From SAR202 cluster bacterium Io17-Chloro-G2 (lineage in GTDB: Bacteria > Chloroflexota > Dehalococcoidia > Lucifugimonadales > UBA3495), in contig MUCP01000012.1 in the NCBI GenBank assembly GCA_002816875.1, positions 9,864-73,863 of the forward strand: a stretch of 64,000 nt of DNA. The letters are read 5' to 3'. The notes beneath the pieces are model-generated. The model ran no database searches. It had not been told where the DNA came from and was given only the letters and a program-made list of their open reading frames with translations. A program made the translations under genes and the position numbers. Position 1 is the first letter of the stretch. Each line of letters begins with the position of its first letter. Below, piece after piece: positions 18,817 through 26,171 of this stretch.

Positions 18817-20343
18817 CTAAAGCGGCTCTTCGGCGCCGCTGCTTACAACCGGCTCGGGCTCGGTGTAGCGGCGGATCAGGATATTGCGAACTCGTACGTC
18901 GTCCTGGGCGGCTATGATTCCCCAGGCGCCTGGGCTCTCCATGTCGCCGGGTGCGGAATCCGCACCGGATGCGTTGGCCCCCACCGCGGGCCAACCTGGC
19001 GGGCCAAATCCGGCCAGCGTATCGCTGTCCCAGAACTTCCCTTGAGTGGAGTTTACCGACCACAAGGCCAGGGCCTGCTTGCGCCATTGGTTCCTGGCGA
19101 TGGCAGCAGGATTGACACCATTGACAACCACGGCGCCACGCTGGTTCTTCATGATGTCGCCATCGTGACTGTAGCCCGAGCCACAGGAAGACTGGTGCGC
19201 CCGGTTGGCCGCGTAGTAGTGGACGGACTCCTCGCTGCCGCCGGCCCCGGAATTGACGAGATACCGGCCGGCCAGACCCGTGGTCATGTTGTTTGGAAAG
19301 CAATCGGTATGGTAGAACTCCGCCTCAATATAGGCGTCCCGCTCGTTCAGCTGGCGGCGCATGGACCCGGTATCGTTGTCGCCGGTGTCGATACGATAGG
19401 CCCCGAAGCCACCGTCATAGGTGAAAGCAGTGTAGCCGCTGCCGTGCCAATCGTCGCCGCGGCCCACCGCGTATGAACCGAGCTGGTTGGTCGCCCCCGA
19501 GTCATGCCAAAGATAGATGCTAGCCAGCGACGACGGCCCGGCGGGTAGTCCAGCGTTACCGTAATAAACGAAGTAGTCATCGTCCGAACTGCTAGGTACT
19601 ATGCCTGCCTGAAGCCTGAAGCGGACCTCAGTTGCGGCGGTATCACAAGACAAGACCTCCCGGTCAAGCTCGAAATAGATATCGGTGGACGCGTTCCACC
19701 AAAACACCCGCAAGTCGTCACAGTCGGCCTGCAGCTTGCCCCCCGCCACCAGGGCGGCCGTGTCGAATGGCGCAAGCCTAACGGTGTAGCCTTCGTATCC
19801 CCCCAATGGCGTGGCGGCTCCGGTTGTGACGGTGAGTCTTTGCCGGTAGTCACAGCTCCCGTTCCAACGTGATTCGAAGATTTTTTCAGCGGTTGTCCCG
19901 TTTGGTATGACCACTCTAAGCAGCAAGTCCTCATTGCCCAGGACTTTCACCGCACAGGATAGCGTCATCGTAATGTGGAGGGTATCACCCCTGTTCCATG
20001 GCAAGGCGGACTCTGTTAGGTCGCCGTACCAAGTTTTTGATGTCAGCCCATCGTTGTCATATATGAAGGCGTCGAGCCTATTTCCAGGCTGAATCAGGAA
20101 TATATCCGACTTTTCCAAAGCTGTTATAGGGGACAGGCCCACATTCTTGACCCAAGCCTCTATTGTGGTGGCGCCCATCTTTGCAGATACCGCCGACACC
20201 ACGATGCCGCTCTTCTTGGCGTCAAAGTCGATCTCAGCCACCGATTGGCTGCTGCCGCCGGCGGAGAACCCGAAGGTTATGACCGCCGCGGCGCCGGCCA
20301 AGGCGCCGATGGTCAGAATAGCTGTTACGATCGCCTTTTCCAT
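18817..20343 (-). CDS. Membrane-anchored or secreted protein: archaellin/FlaF-FlaG-like N-terminus, DUF2341-like domain, concanavalin/LamG-like domain
   Basis: 508 aa. N-terminal hydrophobic helix MEKAIVTAILTIGALAGAAAVITFGF, then GIVVSAVSAKMGATTIEAWVKNVGLSPI. The middle CDYRQRLTVTTGAATPLGGYEGYTVRLAPFDT...CDDLRVFWWN matches my recollection of DUF2341. Confidence 0.5.
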   Translation of the reverse strand: MEKAIVTAILTIGALAGAAAVITFGFSAGGSSQSVAEIDFDAKKSGIVVSAVSAKMGATTIEAWVKNVGLSPITALEKSDIFLIQPGNRLDAFIYDNDGLTSKTWYGDLTESALPWNRGDTLHITMTLSCAVKVLGNEDLLLRVVIPNGTTAEKIFESRWNGSCDYRQRLTVTTGAATPLGGYEGYTVRLAPFDTAALVAGGKLQADCDDLRVFWWNASTDIYFELDREVLSCDTAATEVRFRLQAGIVPSSSDDDYFVYYGNAGLPAGPSSLASIYLWHDSGATNQLGSYAVGRGDDWHGSGYTAFTYDGGFGAYRIDTGDNDTGSMRRQLNERDAYIEAEFYHTDCFPNNMTTGLAGRYLVNSGAGGSEESVHYYAANRAHQSSCGSGYSHDGDIMKNQRGAVVVNGVNPAAIARNQWRKQALALWSVNSTQGKFWDSDTLAGFGPPGWPAVGANASGADSAPGDMESPGAWGIIAAQDDVRVRNILIRRYTEPEPVVSSGAEEPL

Positions 20344-20561
20344 TTCGGCCGTTCGCCGCTAAGAGCTTCCCGTGCATTGAGCACGGCAGTGGAGCTTACC
20401 GGAACCCGCTATCAGGATAACCGGTCCAGTTGACGATTCAAATCTAGTGGCGAATATCAGCAAGTTCTTTACAAAATTACTTTCAACCCTATCAGATCTG
20501 TGAGTAGGGGAACTCAAAGACTGCCAATGAATGACGGCGGCGGCCATACACAAAGCCGCAG

Positions 20562-21605
20562 CTACCAGTTGGGAGAGTGATCCTCCGCCGTGTTGTTGGT
20601 CAAGCGGCGCTGTTGGCTGCCATCGGCGTTCATAACGAAGATCTCCGACTGGCCGTACAAGCTGGACACGAACGCGATCCGGCTGCCGTCGGAAGACCAG
20701 TCCGGGGCCAAATCATCGGCTTCGTTTTTAGTCAGCCGCCTCTGCTTTGAGCCGTCCACCCTCATGGAGTAGATCTCGGCGCTGCCGTCCCGGTAGGAAA
20801 CGAAGGCGATCTTTCGGGCGTCGGGCGACCAGTTGGGCGAAACATCATCGGCCTCGTGTTGGGTTAACCTGGTGATTTCCACCCCGTCTTGCCACGTCCC
20901 ATCGGCTAACTTCCGCATGACGAACAGATCAGCATTTCCGCCGTCCCAGCGCACGAATGCGATGTGCTTGCCATCCGGAGACCATACGGGGTCCCGGTCT
21001 TGGCCGGTTGTCATCCGCACCAGATTGACGCCGTCTGGGTTGCGCAGCCACAGTCCCCGCTCCTCAATTGCCCCCTCACTGTAGTACACCAGCCACTCCC
21101 CATTGGGCGACCAGTCTCCCAGAAGGTCTGGGGTCCCATTGGAGGTTATCCTGGTGACTGGGCCACCATCGGCGCCCATTAAATAGACTTCTGGCGTACC
21201 TTCTTGCTCGGATATGAATGCCAGGCGCTTGCCATCAGGAGACCACCTGGGAAAGCGGTCGTCGCCTCCGTTGTGTGTCAGGCGTTCGATGGATTTTCCA
21301 TCTGGGTCAACCACGTTGATTTCCATGTCTCCCGCCTGGTCTGACATGTAGACGATCTTCTTTCCGTCGGGCGACCATTGGGGAGATAAGTCGCGGCTGC
21401 GGTTATCGGTTATTGCGGATGCTTCTCCCGTTTTGGCGTCCACCACCACTATCTCAGGGTCGCCACCAACCATGGAGACGAACACCAAGCGGCCGCCGGC
21501 CGCCGGGTTGCACGCCGCCGCCATCAGGACCGCCAGCGAAAGCGCCATTACCAGAGCCATCAGTCCCCATATCTGAGTGTAGCCGAATAATCTCATTCCA
21601 CCCAC
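20562..21605 (-). CDS. TolB-like PD40 beta-propeller lipoprotein
   Basis: 347 aa. Signal sequence with lipobox-like LMAAAC. Repeated P(D/N)WSPDG(K/S)xIAFVS units occur about 6 times. Confidence 0.85.
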   Translation of the reverse strand: MGGMRLFGYTQIWGLMALVMALSLAVLMAAACNPAAGGRLVFVSMVGGDPEIVVVDAKTGEASAITDNRSRDLSPQWSPDGKKIVYMSDQAGDMEINVVDPDGKSIERLTHNGGDDRFPRWSPDGKRLAFISEQEGTPEVYLMGADGGPVTRITSNGTPDLLGDWSPNGEWLVYYSEGAIEERGLWLRNPDGVNLVRMTTGQDRDPVWSPDGKHIAFVRWDGGNADLFVMRKLADGTWQDGVEITRLTQHEADDVSPNWSPDARKIAFVSYRDGSAEIYSMRVDGSKQRRLTKNEADDLAPDWSSDGSRIAFVSSLYGQSEIFVMNADGSQQRRLTNNTAEDHSPNW

Positions 21606-21931
21606 CGCACGCTTCGTTGACAGTTGGCTCAGAAAGCCGTTACCACGGGGCGTTCAAACAGGCCCACTATTTACTGGAACGTATACCCAGTTGGATTCAA
21701 TTTTTACCTATTTCTTAAATTATAACCAATAATGATTTGAGACCCACATCTGAGACATTGCCGTGTTTATGTAAATTCAGGCCTCTTGCCCCGGGTCTAT
21801 TCCAGTAGCCCTTACACGATCTATGAAGGATTGCCGGTATGGCAGGCGCGAGTTTAAAACTCGCCCCGGCGTGTGGATTGTCCAGACCGGTACAAGATGA
21901 TAGAAAGATCATCACCAGGCCGCCTTGTATC

Positions 21932-21960
21932 TTGACAAGCCACACAGGGTTATTTAGCAT
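21932..21960 (+). promoter_or_regulatory. Sigma-70-like promoter candidate for the amidohydrolase gene
   Basis: TTGACA (21932-21937), 17-nt spacer, TAGCAT (21955-21960). A GGGAG motif lies about 8 nt before ATG 21996. Confidence 0.45.
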
Positions 21961-21995
21961 CCTGCTGATAACCTGTTGGAATCGGGAGATGGGAC

Positions 21996-23249
21996 ATGAA
22001 GGTATTGATGGGAGCCAACCTGATAGACGGTACCGGAGCGCCTGTATTGACGGACTCCGCGGTGCTCATCAACGGGGAGAGGATAGAATCCGTTAGCCCC
22101 AGGGCCGCAGCGGTATTTCCGGACGGCACTGAGATTCTCGATGTCTCTGGAATGACCCTCTTGCCGGGACTCATCGACTGCCACGACCACCTGGCGTCTA
22201 AAGACTACCGGCTGGAATCCCGGTGGGGTCTCAACGAGCCGGGCTCCCTTGGTCATCTGCGCACCGCCAAAGCGTTGGAAGAGACCCTGGCCGCCGGTTA
22301 CACCTGTGTCAGGGAAGCCGGCGGCCTGGACGCCGGATTCAAGCAGGCCATTGAGGAAGGACTTTATCCCGGTCCCCGGCTGATGCTTTCTGTGAACATC
22401 GTTTCCCCCACGGGAGGATTGGCCGACCGGGTGAGCGGTTCCGGCCATCACAGCCTTCACGACTCCGACCCCCGAATCCCCAATGGCGTTGCCGACGGTC
22501 CAGAAGCGGTGCGGGCAAAGGTCAGGGAAATGGTCAGGGTCGGCGCCGACGTCATAAAATTTGCCACCACCGGCGGGGCCAGTTCTCGCCCCGGCCACGG
22601 ACCGATGGACATCGAGTTCGGTCCCGACGAAGTAAAGGCGTTGATGGATGAGGCTAAAGCCCTGGGCAGGCGCACCATGTGCCACGCCGTGGGCGGACCC
22701 GGACTGCGCATGGCCATCGCCCACGGCGCTGGCTCGGTAGAACACGGGTGCTACCTTGCCGAAGACCCGGACTTGCTCAAGATGATGGCGGACCAAGGGA
22801 TCTTTATGGTGCCCACCTTTGAGGTATACGAGTTCCACTCCACCGTTAGCGCCCCGCACATGGTCCAGCGGGCCAGTTCCCTGATGCAAGTCCACCAGGA
22901 GAGCATGCACATGGCCCTTTCGGCCGGAGTGAAGGTGGTGGCCGGCACCGATGCCGGTGGGTTCGTCCACGGCGACAACGCGCGGGAAGTGGAAATTCTG
23001 GTGGACCGGGGTATGAGTCCGATGCAGGCCATCCAAGCCGCCACCGGCTGGGCCGCCGAATGTGTCGATCTTGCCAAGGACATCGGCACGGTGGCCGCCG
23101 GCAAGCTGGCCGACCTACTGGTGGTCGACGGAGACCCGCTGCGGGACATTGCGGTGTTGCGGGACCGGGAAAAGATCAAGCTGGTCATGAAGGGAGGCGA
23201 GGCCTTTATTAATAAGATACCTGCGGGTGTCCCCCAACCAGTGGCCTGA
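21996..23249 (+). CDS. Metal-dependent amidohydrolase family protein
   Basis: 417 aa. Contains LLPGLIDCHDHL (HxH metal motif) and a C-terminal GKLADLLVVDGDPL pattern. Confidence 0.85.
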   Translation: MKVLMGANLIDGTGAPVLTDSAVLINGERIESVSPRAAAVFPDGTEILDVSGMTLLPGLIDCHDHLASKDYRLESRWGLNEPGSLGHLRTAKALEETLAAGYTCVREAGGLDAGFKQAIEEGLYPGPRLMLSVNIVSPTGGLADRVSGSGHHSLHDSDPRIPNGVADGPEAVRAKVREMVRVGADVIKFATTGGASSRPGHGPMDIEFGPDEVKALMDEAKALGRRTMCHAVGGPGLRMAIAHGAGSVEHGCYLAEDPDLLKMMADQGIFMVPTFEVYEFHSTVSAPHMVQRASSLMQVHQESMHMALSAGVKVVAGTDAGGFVHGDNAREVEILVDRGMSPMQAIQAATGWAAECVDLAKDIGTVAAGKLADLLVVDGDPLRDIAVLRDREKIKLVMKGGEAFINKIPAGVPQPVA

Positions 23250-23359
23250 ACCCAACCCCGGAAACCTAATCATGATTCATCGTCAGGGACCCGGTAGCAT
23301 TCCGCCATCGGAAGGCCGGCTGCCGTCCCCCTGTTAGCCCATCGCGGTCTGACACGCCC

Positions 23360-24121
23360 ATGCGCTTTCACGTACTAACCCTCTTCCCCCAATCCTTCCC
23401 CGGACCGTTGGCCGACAGTATGGTGGGAATGGCTTGTCACCGGGGATTGATCTCAATCGAGGTCACCGACATCCGCAGTCACACCCACGATTCCCATGGC
23501 ACCGCCGACGACTACCAATTTGGGGGCGGCCCCGGCATGGTGATGAAGCCCGAGCCCATATTTGAGGCTGTGGAAGCTGTCTTAGCGGATTTGGACCTCT
23601 CTGAGCGAACTGGGGCCGGGGTGGTCCTACTTTCGCCTCAGGGACAGGTGTTCAATCAAAAAATGGCCGAAGATTTGGCCAACTCGTCTTCATTGGTGCT
23701 GATTTGCGGCCACTACGCGGGAGTGGATGAACGTGTCCGCCAGCATCTGGTCACCCAGGAAGTCAGCATCGGCGATTTCGTGCTGACAGGCGGAGAACTG
23801 GCCGCCATGGTCATGATAGATACCATATCAAGACTGGTGCCGGGGGTGGTGGGCTCAATGGACAACGTGACCCAGGACTCTATATCCTCCGGCTTGCTGC
23901 AACACCCCCTGTATACCCGGCCCGCCCAATTCCGGGATATGGCGGCGCCGGAGATACTGCTCTCGGGGCATCACGCCGAGATTGAAAAGTGGCGGAGGCA
24001 CGAGTCGTTGCGGCGGACCCTGGAGCGGCGGCCTGGCCTGCTGGAAACCGCCCAGCTTAGCCCCGAAGACATAGAGTATCTAGAATCCTTGGGGTACGGC
24101 CGGCCAAAGGCCCAATCCTAA
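23360..24121 (+). CDS. trmD: tRNA (guanine37-N1)-methyltransferase
   Basis: 253 aa. Contains MRFHVLTLFP...GGGPGMVMKPEP...LICGHYAGVDERV...SIGDFVLTGGE signature. Confidence 0.95.
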   Translation: MRFHVLTLFPQSFPGPLADSMVGMACHRGLISIEVTDIRSHTHDSHGTADDYQFGGGPGMVMKPEPIFEAVEAVLADLDLSERTGAGVVLLSPQGQVFNQKMAEDLANSSSLVLICGHYAGVDERVRQHLVTQEVSIGDFVLTGGELAAMVMIDTISRLVPGVVGSMDNVTQDSISSGLLQHPLYTRPAQFRDMAAPEILLSGHHAEIEKWRRHESLRRTLERRPGLLETAQLSPEDIEYLESLGYGRPKAQS

Positions 24122-24189
24122 GGGATGGCCGGAGCTTGGCATGTTGCTTGCCACCCAAGCGGGGCCCCTTTCGCTATGAAAGGTTGGCG

Positions 24190-24478
24190 CTATGGGTTGC
24201 CGGCGGCGTTGGCGTTGGAGTCAAGGGTAAAATAAAAGGTGGCGCCTCGATCGACCTCTCCCTCGGCCCAGACCTTTCCGCCTGACGCTGGATTATGCGC
24301 TGAACTGTGGCGAGCCCGATCCCGGCGCCTTCGAATTCCGACACGGTGTGTAGACGTTGGAATGCGCCGAAGAGTTTGTCCACTAGGCCATATCGAAGCC
24401 AGCCCCACCATCCCTGACAAAATACGCTTTGCTTCCATACACACTGGGAATCCCCCCCGATATCCAGGGGCCCACCCT
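24190..24478 (-). pseudogene. Remnant of a histidine-kinase HATPase_c domain, multiply frameshifted
   Basis: Three minus-strand frames together give [13 protein letters not shown](stop) / [36 protein letters not shown] / [21 protein letters not shown]. This is the canonical order of the G1-F-G2 region. No upstream kinase body is present. Confidence 0.75.
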
Positions 24479-24506
24479 TCATAGCGTAATTGGATCGTGA
24501 AGAGAT

Positions 24507-24995
24507 ATGAGCAAAGACAGCTTTAGATTTCACACCGGACTTCGGGTTAGATGGATGGAGTGCGACGCCCAAGGCATCGCGTTCAACGGGTCCTACCTGA
24601 ACTACTTGGAAGTGGGCCAGGCGGAATATTTCCGCAACCTGGGGTTCAGCATCTACCGGATTGCCCAACGGGGCTATTTCGATAGCGCAGTGGTTACGGT
24701 TACGGTGGCATACAAAGCCCCGGCCAGGGTGGAAGACGAGATTGACGTCTTCATCGGTGTGACCAACATAGGCAATACCAGCCTGACGCTGGATGCCGAG
24801 ATATATCCGCAAGGCCCGCAAAACTCAAGCCGGTTGTTGACCACAATCCAAGCCGTGTACGTCGGCTACGACGCTGCAACCGGAGAAACCCGCCCCGTCC
24901 CCGATGACATACGCCGGCTCATTAACCATTTCGAATCCACCGGCGAAGTCCTCCCCTTGGACCAGTTCCCGGAATTGGCTGAGGCGGCCGGCTGA
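24507..24995 (+). CDS. Acyl-CoA thioesterase, 4HBT/YbgC-like hotdog fold
   Basis: 162 aa. Contains [34 protein letters not shown] pattern. Confidence 0.8.
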   Translation: MSKDSFRFHTGLRVRWMECDAQGIAFNGSYLNYLEVGQAEYFRNLGFSIYRIAQRGYFDSAVVTVTVAYKAPARVEDEIDVFIGVTNIGNTSLTLDAEIYPQGPQNSSRLLTTIQAVYVGYDAATGETRPVPDDIRRLINHFESTGEVLPLDQFPELAEAAG

Positions 24996-25127
24996 GGCCT
25001 CAACGACCAATGCCTGTTGACGGAAACCGCCGCTGAATTTAGACTGAGTGGGCAATCAGCATTCGGCTCTATGGGCGCCCCAGCCGCGGGCAGCGCACTC
25101 ATATCTGGACCATATCTAAAATCTCAC

Positions 25128-25149
25128 TCTAGATCTCAATCTAGATCTC
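25128..25149. promoter_or_regulatory. Operator-like pair of 10-nt direct repeats containing overlapping palindromes
   Basis: tctagatctc occurs at 25128-25137 and 25140-25149 (12-nt register). Each holds TCTAGA/AGATCT. Preceded by two atatct motifs. Lies 65-85 nt upstream of the PHP gene. Confidence 0.25.
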
Positions 25150-25212
25150 CGGGGGACGGCTGTTGACTTGGAGCACGTGAGAAAGCTGGGCGCTGAAGGC
25201 TGATAACTGACC

Positions 25213-25923
25213 ATGGCTCGATTATTCGATCTACATATCCACACAACCAAGGGAAGCAGCGACAGCAGCCTTTCTCCTGAAGATTTGATCCTGGAAGCTG
25301 AGGGATTGGGATTGCGCGGCCTTTGCATCACCGAGCACAGCGGCCCATGGGACCGGCACGAGTTCAGGCGTTTTGCCGACAAACACAGTGTGGTCCTGAT
25401 CCGGGCGGCAGAGGTGGAGACCGACATGGGGCATATGCTGGCCTTTGGGGTAGACCAATATCAGCCCGGGTTCCACAAGGCTGAAGCCCTTTCGAAAGCC
25501 GCTAGGGCCGTGGGCGGTTTCGTGGTCACGGCCCATCCTTTCCGGGCGGTATTGAGCCAATCGGTCAGGGCCCGGGCCCTTTTGTACCAGGGCGAGGGTG
25601 ACGTGATCCCCCGATCCCCTGAAGATGCGGTAGAACATCCGGTGTTCAAGTTGGCCGACGCCGTCGAGGTTGCCAACGGCGGGACTGCCGACAATGAAAA
25701 CGCCTTCGCCATGAACGTCGCGGGCCTGCTGGGAATGCCGGTGACCGGTGGCAGCGACGCCCATTCAGTCCACGGAATAGGCAAGTTCGTCACTGCGTTT
25801 CGAGATGAGATCGCCAATGAGGCGGAATTCCTTGCGGCTCTCCACGCAGGAGCGTTCTACCCGGCGGTGGGTTTACGGTCGGGCCGCCTTCGTCCCTACA
25901 CGGTGACCGACAACCCGGATTGA
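25213..25923 (+). CDS. PHP-domain metal-dependent phosphoesterase
   Basis: 236 aa. Contains FDLHIHTTKGSSDS, ITEHS and GGSDAH motifs. Confidence 0.85.
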   Translation: MARLFDLHIHTTKGSSDSSLSPEDLILEAEGLGLRGLCITEHSGPWDRHEFRRFADKHSVVLIRAAEVETDMGHMLAFGVDQYQPGFHKAEALSKAARAVGGFVVTAHPFRAVLSQSVRARALLYQGEGDVIPRSPEDAVEHPVFKLADAVEVANGGTADNENAFAMNVAGLLGMPVTGGSDAHSVHGIGKFVTAFRDEIANEAEFLAALHAGAFYPAVGLRSGRLRPYTVTDNPD

Positions 25924-25993
25924 TGGGGTGTGATGTCCACGAATGCCGCCAAAGCCTTCCAAGCGTTGGGTTAAGGCGGCTTTGAGAGCCTAA

Positions 25994-26070
25994 TAAGTAA
26001 TTATCTTAAAAATGGTTCGTCCTAAGCTTGTGGAAGGACGGTCCATTTTGGATAGACGGGTTTGAGATGT
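25994..26070 (+). repeat. Dispersed intergenic repeat, minimal form (copy D)
   Basis: gtaattatcttaaaaatggttcgtcctaagcttgtggaaggacggtccattttggatagacgggtttgagatgt aligns end to end with the flanks of copies A and B but lacks their internal insertions. Confidence 0.75.
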
Positions 26071-26171
26071 ATCCTCAGCGCCGGGCCTAGGCGCCGCCTA
26101 TGCAATGACGGGAATGGCTTAAACCGGTCCTAAATGGATAGGGATACCAGGGCAGATGGGATGGGAGTGTA

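Noticed and set aside
21605-21996. A replication origin at the divergent strand-switch, AT-rich intergenic region.
   Set aside because: There is only one weak DnaA-box-like 9-mer (tgtggattg), no cluster of boxes and no dnaA or dnaN nearby.
21954-23036. A 360-aa ORF on the minus strand.
   Set aside because: It is fully antisense to the amidohydrolase gene, which has clear family motifs. Its product is Gly/His/Arg/Val-rich low complexity, typical of antisense frames in high-GC DNA.
24174-24821. A 215-aa ORF considered as an intact gene.
   Set aside because: Its 5' two thirds are antisense to the thioesterase gene. Only the 3' end is meaningful, and only as part of a frameshifted kinase remnant.
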